DNA of 64,000 nucleotides from Psilocybe cubensis (Eukaryota): NCBI GenBank assembly GCA_017499595.2, contig CM039006.1, positions 2,666,001 to 2,730,000 of the forward strand, read 5' to 3'. Shown piece by piece: positions 1 to 13,129 of this stretch (position 1 is its first letter; each line of letters starts with the position of its first letter). The notes under the pieces were generated by a model. It saw only the letters and a program-made list of their open reading frames with translations, ran no database searches and was not told where the DNA came from. The position numbers and the translations under genes were made by a program.

Positions 1-779
1 CGAGGACTGCAGGTTATTTGGGAGCATCGAATCTGACGGTCGCGAATGTGCACTCATAACGAAAAGGGTGATTAACGCGGCGACGAAAATTCCTACGAAA
101 AATTCATCTGAGGAAAGCACGCAAAAACCTTGAGAATATGTAACCGACCAAGCTCCCCAATATACAGCATGAACGGTAACAAGATAGTACGATATGATCT
201 GTTCCATACGTGAAAGCATCTCCATATCTAGGGGTAGATTACACCAATAGTTTATCTTCAGAGAACTGCACAGCTTACCTTGAGCCCGTCAGATATTAGG
301 AGCATACCAAATACAAACATGTTCTTGACGGAGAGGATCCAGCGTGGAACAGTGTACAGAGAAGCAAACACAGTTTGCCTCGTATCCCCATTCTTCAAAA
401 AGTACCACTGCAAAAGAGCCCAATTGAACCCCAGGCCCACAACGGCGAAGACATACAGCATGGTAATGGCGCTCATGACCACTCTTCCCCGGGATATTTT
501 ACTAGTCACTACCAGGAGATTAACAATCGTCCATAGTCCTCTCGTGAACACACAGTGGACTCACCACAAACGTAAAGCGTCCCGAAATAAACGATCGTAT
601 ACATGCCTATGACACAATGTGCATTAGAGAACAAGATTATATGCAGGTTTTGGGAAGAAAACCTTTAACCTACCCAGCATGAAAATGGCCAAAACCAAAG
701 AGTTCAATCGCGATGCAACCTCCGCATATTGGATGGACTCCATGTCTGACGGTTTTGGCACCTGTGCCAGTGTTGACAT
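1..779 (-). CDS. Fungal multi-pass integral membrane hypothetical protein (spliced; runs off the window edge)
   Basis: ATG at 779 (MSTLAQVPKPSDMESIQYAEVASRLNSLVLAIFML). Further hydrophobic exons (GMYTIVYFGTLYV; VVMSAITMLYVFAVVGLGFNWALL; MFVFGMLLISDGL) are separated by short GT..AG introns. Confidence 0.6.
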
Positions 780-1272
780 CGATGCGTGGTGGACTGCGGG
801 AGCACCATCAAATCCAAGCGTGGTGGCATCTTATATCAAGTCCAAGTCATTCCGGGGACTCAGAACATGTGAACTTTACTATAGAGACAAACACTCGATG
901 TCAATCTTTAATCTACCGAGCTCACTGATAAGATGACGACGGCCCGCAAATTCTTTGATCACAAGCTCGTCGCTGTCCATTAGATCGCAGTAATCCCCCA
1001 CATTCTATTGGTCGATACTTTGGAGTCAAATGGATCAGTGCCGTTTACGTTGATGCAGATCATTGATTGACAACGTTACCAGTTTGTTTAACTCAAGGGG
1101 TCGGCGCTGATGTCACATTGTAGATGTGTAATATTAATAACACAACGAGATTCTGTTCACAAAGCACAGTAGATGTGTATCCAAAAAGCCGACAGATTGA
1201 TTGGTGAAAATGTAAACAATACTATCAGGATTCAGGTACGATCCCATTATTACTATCACTTCCACTCCAGGC

Positions 1273-2830
1273 CTACAGAGTTAACGTCTGCGCGGACTTG
1301 AGCACGGCAGCCTCAGGAATGAGGATAGCCCACTCTCCGTTGAGATCAGGAACAGTGAGCGTCCACTCTTTCTCTTCCTCCTCAAACTCGAACTCAGCCT
1401 TGAGGACGGCGAGGTCAGTGATGAACTGGTTGGTGGCGGTATCAAGCTTCCCGATAACACCTTGCTTGACATCAGCGGCGGCGAGTACGGCATCGGAATA
1501 GAAATAGTCGATTTTGACGAGGTCGTTAGCTGCGGTCTTGCTGGCAGTCGAGACTTGGTAGGTGACGGGGTCAACGAAAAGGAATCCCTTGGGAGGAGCA
1601 ACAGGGGTCTTGTTGGTCTTCACCGTGATAGCGTTAGCAAGAGTAGCATTGATTTCAACCTCGAAGGCACCAGCCGCCTACATCAAAAGTTCTGAGTTAA
1701 TAAACTTGAACGCATTTCGATTCTCTGGACTTACGTTGGCGGGGTAGATAATGTCGGTCTTTCTGTTACCAGCAGGAGTAGCGATAGCAGCGTCAAAGGC
1801 TCCTGTAATTTCGTCTTCATCTGGTAATGGGGATATATCAACGGCCCGTGGAAATAGACAGTGGATGCTACTCACCCTTCTTACCCTCAGCAGCCGCTGT
1901 GGTTGAAGCTGCAGGCGCAGCAGCGGAAGTGGAAGAGGCAGAGGCGGAAACAGAGGAAGAGGCGGATGCTGCCGTCGAGGAGGCTGCGGGATTCGCAACC
2001 GCTGCCGTTGGAATAAAGATGCCCCACTCGCCATTGCCGTTCTGCAATGGTTTGAAATAAGCTCAGATATTCGATAGGGGCAGTCTAGCGTACCTTGACT
2101 GTCAAAGTGACCTCGTTTTCATCGGCCTCAAACTCTTGCTCGCCGAGCTTGTCATTGATAACGAAGGTGTTGTTCTTCTTCTTGAGCTTCCCAATCTTGG
2201 CCTGTGAAATGTCGACTCCCGCAAGGGCAGGGACTAATGCCAGGTTAGTTTCCAATGTGACGACAGTAAAGGAGTTGCAACGTACGGGCCGGGTCGAAGA
2301 TGATGTCAATCTTTTGCAAAGTGGCATTACGTGCTTTGCGGCCAAGAGACACCTTGTACGACGAAGGGTCCAAGAAAGCAAATCCGGCAGGCGCCTTGCC
2401 AGGGGTCTTGTTCTCAGTTACTGTCACGGTGTTGGCGGTAGCATCCTGGAACTCAAATTCGAAGGAGCCAACAGCCTGACGAGCCAAACAAAGAGGAGTT
2501 TTAGAATGAGGGCAGTGAAGTAAAATACGATGAAATACTCACGCCTTTGGGGAAAATGACATCGGTCTTGATATTACCACCGCCCAGAGACACAGCCGTG
2601 TTAAAGGCGCCATTCAGTTCTGAAATTCGAAGTTATTCTGATGTTCCAGGGGCAGTACAAACGATAATTAACATACCAACTTCGTCTCCTTCCGCATTGG
2701 CTGGTGTTACTGTTGCAGCAGCAGAGGCAGCGCTGGAAGCCTTTGCAGCTTTGTTGGTTCTGGCATTTAGGGGCAAGGCAATGATTCCAGAAAACTGGGA
2801 AACCAGAACGATAACGGGAAGGAGAAGCAT
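1273..2830 (-). CDS. Secreted hypothetical protein with two tandem homologous domains and an Ala/Ser linker (spliced)
   Basis: Signal peptide MLLLPVIVLVSQFSGIIA at 2830; stop at 1273. Exons seen in ORFs 2633-2845, 2245-2487, 2085-2381, 1678-2034 and 1273-1623, which share the motif NKTPxxxPxGFxFxDPxxYxVS...KID. Confidence 0.75.
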
Positions 2831-5628
2831 CTTTAAGAAAAGCAAGAGAAATTTGAAGGTGAAAGAATACGGAAATGTGTAAAATGGGACAGACGGTCTA
2901 GCCGCAGAGAATGAAAAAAGGGAAAAAGGAAAGGGATGACACAGTCAAGAGGGGAGAAAGGGAATGACCTCTTTCTACGAGAATCCGTCTCTTTATGTAC
3001 TCGACGCTCCGAAGCCAAGCATGATCAATTCCTTTGCCAAGTGGGAGGACGTAACCTAGAAAACGCGCTTGGTTCTATGTTGTTGTGCAATGAAATGCGA
3101 AGACGTGGCGAGATGCGACGGTTATTCCAACTATCAGGCCTGGATGCTAGAAAATGTAATTTTGGATGAAGAACATCCAATATATCGAAGACATCATCTC
3201 GCCCAGCCTCACAAGGATAGCTATCTCCCTGACCGTTGGATATGCTGCTGGAACAGTGGAATCGTAGACGAAACAAGGGGTCCCACTTTTCCGGCTCTCG
3301 AGGCCAAGCATGTATACTTGGCGTAGGGTGCTGTTCTACTATTTTGTATTTCGCCAGCTATAAGTTCAATTTTTGCTGTGTCAGCTTAAGGTAGGACTCT
3401 GTATACCATTCAAGAACTTACAGACAGGAATCATTGCACCCAGGAAGTCACCTCAAACAAACCAGGCCGTCTTTCTAACAAAATAGTGCCCAGCGCTTCA
3501 AACGCGACATCAAAGCTGGGTATGTAGCCATTGATTCGGGGCCATATCCGAAAATCTGGTAACCGTCTGGGCAAATGTTCTTGTCAGAGCTTAGTAGACC
3601 TTTTGGAATAAAATAGGAAGATTTCGCATCGAAGCACGAGCCTGCTGTGTGGACGACAGGGTAAGTGTGAACCAGATGTATGGAACATTTCTTGGCCCTT
3701 GAACTTAAAGCGAGTACAGAAGAGTTTCTACCAGCGGTATTGCTTTACACAACGGGTAAACGTGAATGGTGAGGCTTTAACTTGAAAAACTGGATGAGAT
3801 GTGTGCGCAAAGGAAATTCAGTTGCTGATGAACTCACAGATGGCCTGCCTTGTGATTTGTGCGTCATCTATTACCGTGTTAGACAATGATATAGTCAAGG
3901 ATCTTTGTACAAGGGTTAAACGTGAATACGCATCCAATGAGCATCTCAACCTGGGTCCTCAACGTCCGATTCACGGTCAAAGTTGGGTCAAACCAGGATT
4001 CATTTTTATGACTCGCGCGGTACTACACATTTTACAAACCCCTATACCTGGTACCCGGTAAATAAATCGTAATAGAAAGGTGAAAACACTCATCCGTGTG
4101 TCTCTTTTCTTTTCTAGTGACTCCCGAGCGATGTACTTTGATCACAAAAAAGTATCCAGTTTGGCTGATGCAAAGGGGCCAATGCCAGCCCTTTGCTGAA
4201 ACGGGTTCTGTTTACGTAACCCATGGTTGGTCTACGACTACTGGCTGCTGTTTCCCTTGTCTCAGCTCTAATATCTCCCTGCGACTATTGATAAAAATTC
4301 TACCTGTTCACGCGGCTTCAACGTTTTCTTGGGGATCTAAATGAAAGGGGGATATGGATGAAAGATAATGGCAGTTGGGTTGAAATACTGACTCAAGCTT
4401 CGCATCGGTGCGCCTTTGAGAATCTCTGATTCGATGCTTGCTAATGGCTTTGCTAGTTTATTGTATGTCATAGCTCAATAGTAGTTGTCAATGCTAATCT
4501 ACTACATTAAATTTGTTGCCTATATACCATAAGGCCCAATCTCAACAGATTCTAGAGTTCAGATTAGCCTCAGATTGGTCATGGACGGTAGCGTCGCCAC
4601 GTTTCATACGCCACTTTCAATACGATAAAGTTCTCTCGCCTCGCCGTCATGTTTTTCTGGTTCACGCATAAATACCCAAAGTGAAATCGCTGAAGGTGCC
4701 TTGGGCATTCGTTGCAAGTCTCGATAGTCTCGATAGCGCCATCTAATGATATTTCCTGGATTTGGATCTCGCCCCCAAAAAAGATAGGCAATGACGAAGT
4801 TTAGCCAGTAACCCATCATGTATGCCCATGAGGGTCCGTTGCAATCATTTTTCCTCCCGTAGCTTCCCGTTCTAACAGGTAACGTCAATGGATTTTCTGT
4901 CCTTGAGGAAGTTTTCGCTTGGCTTACGATCAAGGCCCTTGGCCAGCTTGGCTAACCAACCCAATTGATGAGGTTTGATCTGGTTTGATGCGTTCCAGTT
5001 CTGTGGATAGCTCAATTATAACCCCTTTTCGTCCTTGCAAAATTGTTGCCAGGTTATCTTTACCGTCGTTGATTGGTCAAGTAAAAAGCAGCAGCCAATC
5101 AGGTTTACATGCATGGGTCTTCTGTCGCCCTGTCTATATTAACAGATATTAGTGCTGTATGCTTGCAATGTGTCGACTCCAAATTACGATCCCGACCAAC
5201 TCCACGCGTGCAACTTGTCGTCGGGGAACAAAGCTGAACCAGTTCATGCACATCCCTGACGCTAGTACCCCAAATTCACCAGACTGCTTCCGCTTTTCTC
5301 GTTGGTATTTGTTTTTTGTTTCCATCGCAGATCTGATAGTAACTAGGAATTTGTCTTCAGACACCCACCAATTATGGTCGCGGATTTTGGTCGCGTGAGT
5401 GACTTAAATGGCGTCCTACTCAATTCGCGGAGTTGAATAAGGCAACTCAGTTAGCCCTTCTCTTTTCTCCCTTTTCATCCTTTCATTTCTTTGCTGGCCC
5501 GGGTTGAGTCTCTGGAGCTACTTCACTCATTAGATTTTCGCTTTTTTCTTTCTTCCTAGTAGCCTCTTCTCTACCCAATTTAAATTTACTCTAGGCCGGT
5601 CCTCCGTTTCCAGAACACCGCCAAACAT

Positions 5629-8600
5629 ATGATATCCCGAGAAGAAACGCGGCAGTACCTGAAGTACACTCTTTCGGTGGCGAGGATCAAGCTTTTGGTG
5701 CGTAGCCATTTTGCTCGATGTCATTCTAGACAATCCTAATTTTTCACGCAGTATGAGAAGATCACATTAACTCGATATACCTCACTGTACTTCCTCAGCA
5801 CGCTTCTCGCCTGCATCGTCCTCAGTGCTTTACAAGTCGTCAGTCTAGTTCATGATTCCGAAGGAGTTGTTAATGTTTCATCCGTCCTCGATGATTATAA
5901 TCGTGATGTTGGTATTGCGGTGTTGAAAGGGGATACAGTGCAGTTGTGTTCTGGTCTTCCTCATCAAAGCGGCACTGTTTGTAACGACATAATCAACTTC
6001 AAAGATACACACGACGATTTGGTGAGCATTTTTCAATCCCAAAGATCAACCAATTTTTTAACCTTAATGACTTGATATTATTTAGAACGTTCGTAATGAC
6101 CTTTTCGAGTCCGATTCAGATGATTCCGACGACTTTGACGACTCTGATTCTGATTCTGAATTCTCTTCGGATGATTCTGACGACGAGTTCGAAGCTACGC
6201 CAACTACTACCAGCTCTGCTGTTACAAGCTCCGCACAGACTACCAGTAGTTTTGAGGTTACCATCTCTACGGAGACTCTCAGTAGCTCTGTCGTGACCAT
6301 TGACAGCTCTACGACCTTTGTAGAAGTTATAACCACGTCACCCCCTATCCCGGACCCTTCCACCGAGGTCAGAACTTCAACAAGCGAAATTTTGACCACC
6401 AGCGTTCCGCCGGTACTCGAGACGCCTTCCAGTAGCAGTTCGGTTGTCGTTCCAGTCGTCACCCCTACCCTCACTGTTGTGACAACTTCAAGTTCCAGTT
6501 CCTTAACTTCTTTATCGTCTATAGTCTTTCCCCCGGCTTCATCGACGACCTCGTTCATATTTTCTTCCAGTCAAATATCAACTTCGCCGTCAACATCGAT
6601 TGTTCCTACTTCGTCGATCGTAGAGACATCCGTTGTCGTTGAAGGTACTACAACGTTCCCTGATGCCCCCAACATTCCTGTTGTCACCTCTGCGTCTGTC
6701 ACCTCTTCCTCGCAGCAGCCGTTCCCTTCTGTTGTTACGCCATCCGTCCCTGCTGGGACTGCCTCGCCTGTTGGGTCGCATAACAACTCCCCTGAGTTTT
6801 TAGAGGAGGATTGCATCATTTCCTTGACATGGTTAAAAGAGGTGTAAGTTATTTTCGCCTTTTTACCGACACTTATCATCCTAACGTCCCTTCTTAGTAT
6901 TCGCGATACTCAGCGTGAGGATATCGTCATATTCGTGTTCCAATTTTGGCTTTTTGGACTATCAGTCGTTACTGTATGCACATTACACTCATTTTCTCGG
7001 TTTTATCGACTAACGTTTCCGCTAGGTTTTGAACGAGTCCATTCCTCATCTTGGAGCAGGTTGCTTCGGGCATATTTTAGGGACAGCATGGGCCGGTTAT
7101 CGCGTTTATTCGACTCATGGACTTATGGATCGTTATCGAAACCACATGGTTCCTGAAGCATGCAGTGGTCGCGACATCATGGGCGATTGGTGGGAAAATA
7201 GGATTGAAGATGGAGTACGTACTGCATCATGATTCAACGGGATGCCGGCGTACTCAGAATCTCTTGGATTAGATCGCTCTTTTGGCTCTGCAAGCTGTTT
7301 CACTGGTAATTGTGTTACTCCTCTCGTTGAAACTCTTCAATGTTCGTGTACCTGTACACTGTTTGGGATGCTAGCTAATTTAAAGTTGTAGGTTTATGCG
7401 AGGCAAACATTTAAGCGCGCTGGCGCCTCTTCAGATGTTCTTTTTGTTTACAAGGTACCTATTTTGTTCTGCTTTTTACGTTTTTAAACTAAAGCTCCTT
7501 ATTGATAGCTTGTGCTGGTTTTCTCTGTCTGCTTACAGCTATCAGGCTTCATTTCAGTGGCATCGGCTGCTATATGGATCGATAAAGTCAGCCATGCTCC
7601 TTTGGCTGGATTAGCAAAACACGCGAAGTTATACCTTTCAGCCTTCATTGTTACGTCGCTGGTAGGTCTTGACTTCTCTCATTAAAATATTAAGCCAATT
7701 GACCAATGTTTTCCTCGTCGATGGCTTAGATTCAGATTCCCTGGGTTATTCTTGTGAGTCATGGATCTCAGCTTATTGCATAATTCAAACTAAATGCCAC
7801 GTTAAGGGATGGGTCTGCGTTCGACGCGAAAGTCGAGCGAAATTCTCGATGTTCTGTTTATTATCAGCAATATTACTGGGAGTCTCTATTGCAATGTTCT
7901 GTAGCCACCGTGGGTCTTACCTATCATTTAATCGATAAAGAACTGCTAATTCGTATAATTCTTTTAGTGTACCGTTTCTTGGTTTCAAGCTGGCCATTCT
8001 TCGCCTCGATGACCATCACTGCGTTTATTCTTGTTGTTGGGACTACGGTTCTGGGAGTCTTCTGTAGACTTAAGTTTGGAGGAGGTCTTGCTGAGCATCG
8101 TGAGTTGTGTATTTGTCCAACTTTTTTAACATCGTTAATCATTGTGTTCATCTAGTCAGAGACACTGAGAATCGTCCTGACCAGAGGTTCGACCCGGTTT
8201 ATTTCACAGCCAAAGATAAATTCCACGATCTCGAAAAATTCGGGCCTCCTTATCAGACAACAGAGCTACCCACTGTTCCTCTACCGCTCGACGATCAGCA
8301 ATATGGAAAATTCCCCGTCCCATTGTACGCTTCGAGCCCAGACGCGACAACGAAATTTTCGAATACCGTCAGTCGTCCCCCAGTACCGACCCTCAATGTG
8401 CCTTCTGTCGATGTACCCATCGTCCCTGTCACAAGGATGTCAGTATTCTCAAAGGTCCTCAGGGAGTTTTCAATGCGTCCTCCCAGTCCCAGCGTGAAGA
8501 GCATGATGCCAGAACCCTTGACGCCCACCATCCCCCAGGCTCCTTCCGTGCCCCCTCATGCTTCTGTCTCACAACCGGTTCCTTTAACTCCCGGGGACAT

Positions 8601-9087
8601 TGTCGGTTCAAGCTCAGAGGCACAAACGAAGGAAATCGCCACTCCCGGATTGCTCGCTTTGGCATCACCAATGGACACCGCATCGGCCTATTCGTTCGTG
8701 ACTCCCCGTCAGACTATGGTTAATCAGGAGTTGCCGATTGGCGTTCGAAAGGGAGGCATCCCTTGCGAGTCGGCAAACAATCGACAGTCCTCAGGTAGCG
8801 CGTATTCTGCCACCAGCAGCACGCGTAAATACGGACTCCCTTCGAACCCCAGACAGTCCACCAGCAGTTCGTTCTCTTTCACAAACAGCAGCCTCCGCCG
8901 CGAACCCAAACCGCGTGAGTCTGTGGCCAGTAAATTCTCTTTTACAACTCGCAGTGTAGGGTTCCCCGAAGATCCCAGGTCGTCAGTGGCCAGCGATACA
9001 CGCTCCGTCGGGAGCCGCCTTGTTGGTCTCCCCAGTAACCCACGCTCTCGTATGGTGTCCTCCACCCAATCGCACAGCGGAGTTTGA
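5629..9087 (+). CDS. Multi-pass membrane protein with acidic and Ser/Thr-rich extracellular region and Pro/Ser-rich C-terminal tail (spliced)
   Basis: ATG 5629 (MISREETRQYLKYTLS), TM exon YTSLYFLSTLLACIVLSALQVV, S/T-rich exon ~6085-6841, several hydrophobic exons 6900-8100, final exon in ORF 8107-9087. Confidence 0.7.
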
Positions 9088-9241
9088 GTCTATCCTCCGT
9101 CGTAACCTATCATTCTCATGGCATATTCCTTCCGTCGTTAGTATGCACTGTATGCTTTACATAGTCACTCGTTTGTATTGCTGTTAAAATGACCATAGAT
9201 TGGCACATAGCTCTTTGTACAATATTTAAGAATATGTTACA

Positions 9242-11176
9242 TTAGGGAACAGCTTCTCGTATCTGGTATAGCATGAGTATGGCTGGTAGTCTGATAGATG
9301 ATCACATCAATAGGGTTTGATTCTATACAGCGTTAGAAATGCGGCAATATACATACCGAAATTATCTGCGCTGTCGCATGCGCATTTCCCTTTTTTATGA
9401 GACTCTCCTCCGGGACAGTGCTCAAATGGCTCGTGTCGGTATCCGATGTCGTCAAAGAAATGCTATCAACAATATAAATGAGTTCGAAGCTGAACAATTA
9501 AGCAGAACAATGATCATACCAATTGTGATTTATTAAGGAAAAGAGATGCTGCCATGCTGTGAACCGGTGCATCACCCCATCGCTGTGAAAATAAAAGAAG
9601 TTAATATGAAGTTCGAGTGGTGTGTGACTTTCTTGCCATACCTCGTAGTAAAATCCACCCTTTCGATCCAAAAATTCAAAGAATTTTGTGTATGCTTCAC
9701 TCCTCCAAAGATCGAGATTAGCGATTTCAAAGTTACTCCAAACTGACGAGCAAAAACACAGTTCAGCGACGGGCTTTCCACGGATAATGTTAACATACAA
9801 TGGCAGAGATTGTATGATGTCCCTCCGTTATCTGAGAGAAAGTCCATAGCATTATCCGGGGCAACGTATTCGGGATTGTTCGTCGTGAATTCTAGATCCA
9901 TTGACAGTGACTGTCTTTCAATAAGGAAGGAATACGAATGCGTTGGACTAGCCGCGGTATACCTTTGACTGCATCCCACAGAGTCGGTATGGTGGCTTGG
10001 AACTCGTATAGTGCGACATTGAAGCCTGATTTTTAGGGCATTGCGTATGGGTATATGGAGGATGGGTGACAAATATATTACATACCATATAGTTTATCTT
10101 GGTCCTCCATGAGTAAGAAAGGATCGTAGTCGAGATCGCAAAAGAATTTGACATCCGGTCTATCTTAAAGTATGAATTTCTTTACGTCTGACTGAAAGCA
10201 AAATTGACGATTAACACGTACTCCACCCTCCAGTAATATTGTAAAGGTTGGACTAGTTCATGCTGATAGAAGAACTTGAAAACGAGTATTAGGATGTTAC
10301 CCACATATATCTGAACGGACAAGGATGGAAGGAAGACATACACCTGAGTTGAAGCGGCACATATTCCGATATCTACCAAAGATTCGTTACACAGGACCTT
10401 CAGGCATGGGGTGTATTTAACGCTTACGAAACACTTCCTAAACATAAAGTAGCAGTCGATGTAAGGTGGACAAATCAAACGTGGCAGACATACCTCCGTA
10501 AATGATGTTACTCTGGACCATTCTGCCTCGAGAAGCCGCTGCCCTCGCCTCGTCTATGTACTCCGGTTGTACCCAGTGTTCCTTTGGGATGATGCCAAAT
10601 TTTACTTCCGCATCGGTGAGCTCCGTAACCCGCCTGTATAAGTTCATTGAGTGTTTGGGTCGAATCTCGATAGAAAAGACGGTAGCAGCCGAGGATTCTT
10701 ACTCACGTAATGAAGGCTTCTTCAAACGGTTGTTCGTTCAAAAAAATGTAGGGATATTGAAACTTTTTGTTGAAGCGATCCTCCATCTGTTTCACGCTAG
10801 TCACCACCCCATTCAAGTCACTGTTTCGTGCTATCTCCCATTGAGGATCTAGTCAGCTTGTTATATCACTCAAGCACTCACCTAGCATCAGAATCGCTGC
10901 ATTGGCCTTTCGAGTAGGGGATGTGTTTTCATTCTTGGGTAGGTAGTATTCGTCGGGAATAGGAACTCTGTACGGTGGGACTGCATTTCTGGATAGTGAG
11001 TTGGAGCCTATAAGGGCAAGCAGAGTTGAGTTTCCGTTGCTGTCACCTGTAGCAATGAAGATGAGGTAGATGCCAAACTGTATTGGATAAGGTTGAATAA
11101 GACAGGTGCATAAAAAACTGTTTCGTACAATCAGAGACAGGACAATCAAGGAATGATATCGCCTTGAGGACATCAT
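9242..11176 (-). CDS. Glycosyltransferase family 15 alpha-1,2-mannosyltransferase (KRE2/MNT1/KTR family), spliced
   Basis: N-terminal anchor, KANAAILML, YYWRVE, YNLCH..WSNFEIANLDLWRSEAYTKFFEFLDRKGGFYYE, WGDAPVHS and IGYRHEPFEHCP are GT15 hallmark motifs. Last exon DYQPYSCYTRYEKLFP*. Confidence 0.92.
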
Positions 11177-11808
11177 AAGCGTCTAGCCTATGATATCTGA
11201 GCCACTTTCAAGTGGATACTAGATATCAGGTTAGAGGAATGAAATAAGGTGCTTTGGAAGAAAAAACGCGTGTCTTCTGTGTACAGAAGAGAGTTGGGAT
11301 ACCCATGACGTTGCGCAGTTTGACTTTTCGTATCAGCCGCTTTTTGTCAAACAAATTTGGTTTCAGGCCGCTCTGCCACTTACAGTGTCGGTCATTACAA
11401 GCCGATCAATTACAACATCAATGGAGTTGGTTTGATCTTACGTTGTTCTATGTATAGTTACTCCCTGGCGTCTAAAATAACATTCCCAGTGCCTGAGAAG
11501 AATATCGGTTCCACATAAGAGGCACAATGCCTATTGACAATTCGTAGCTACAGCAAACGAACGAGATTTACATTAGTCACCACAGGACATGATGAATCCG
11601 CTACCACGTCGCTTGCGGCTTGCCTAAAAGGCCATTGCTACGAACCGGTAACAATCAATCAAACAGCGCCCAGTCATGACGGAATTTGCCAAAGTTCATA
11701 TACGTAGCAAATGAGTCACGGAAACATACAAAAAAAGTTTCTAATGGAGTCACCATAACTAATGCATGCCATGTCGTGTTCAATTCAAGGTAAAGAAGAA
11801 AAAGTTAC

Positions 11809-11897
11809 CTCTCTGTCTGGGAGTCGAACCCAGCTTTCGCGCGATCATTGCAGAAATGAATGACAGGCGCGTGTACTAACCGATATACTAACAGAGA
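11809..11897 (-). tRNA. tRNA-Asp(GTC) with short intron
   Basis: Minus strand TCTCTGT TAGTATATCGGTTAGTA CACGCGCCTGTCA [~16-nt intron] TCGCGCGAAAGCTGGGTTCGACTCCCAG ACAGAGAG. Paired acceptor stem, GTTCGAC T-loop, GTC anticodon and a downstream T-run terminator. Confidence 0.9.
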
Positions 11898-13129
11898 CAT
11901 GTTTTTCATGGGTCACATATTGTACATCATGTAAGCATTGAGTTGGCCTCGGGTTTATCGGATGGCAGGCGGGAAGCACCCAAACGTCTACGCTAGGTGA
12001 ATAGATTGTCACTCAGAAATAGCAACAAATGATGTGTCTCACTATCTCTCATAGCTTCAAGCGCTATATATGCCAGTAACTACCAGCTTCACGGCGTTCA
12101 ATAGCTTCAATTGGCTTCCCGTTCGTTTCTGAAGTCAGTGACAACTTAATTCAGTCAAATACAGTCAAAGAATACATTGGTCGAAAAACAAATACTTCCC
12201 AGCCTAGAAGCTCCCGTTGTATTCTGTTTCTTCAATTGTCTTCCTTCGCCTTTCACCCGTCAAAGGTCTTCACAAGAAGTAGCCGGGCCGAGATAGATAG
12301 AGTATATCGTATCGAAATAATTCACATGACCGACCACTGGAGGAGATTGATACCAGTGCTGAATGCGCAGTGTTAAATGGAAAATAAATTCATCTATATC
12401 ACTTGTTGTGTCTATAAAAATATGTATATAAAATTGAGCCGTTACATTGACCATAAGTCAAATTGAAACGAACTGGCAAAATGACATTCATTCCCATTAT
12501 TTCTTCCGTTTTCATACTGATGGGACTGTTTGCGCGTCAAGCCATCAAGCCATTGGATAAATTGCAACATGCTAGACCTCGAAGAAGAAAATGGCACCTT
12601 GCCTACTCTTGTCTCTCATTTTATCAATTTAAGAGAGGATACGATTGAAGTCCCCAGTGTGTGGCCACGATCAAAATTGAAATCGGAGTTATTTCACATC
12701 TTTAGCGCCGAAAGCTTGACAGTTTAATCAATACATCATGAAATACAAGCTCCACAAATTTGTATGATGCCCTCCGTGATAGTAATCATCGTCTATACAT
12801 CTGGAGAGAAACTTACTCTATCTGATTGTCATTTTGAAACCACAATACAGCACTTCTCATTAATATGGTGACACGACCATATGCATAAGCGGTCATTCCA
12901 CCAATGCATTGAGCAATTAGAATTGGATGTTTATCAACAGCATGACCGCCAAAATTTTCTCAATCTTAATGCGGGTCCGACAGCCTAGTCATGGTCCAAC
13001 TTGTGAACTTGCGAATCTTGATACTTTCCGAGCTCAGTGGAATTTAATTTGTATAAAAGGCATAGAAGTAATGTCCAAGCTCCAGGTTATCATTGAGTCA
13101 TTTTCCACCTTACCAACTGATACCACAAG

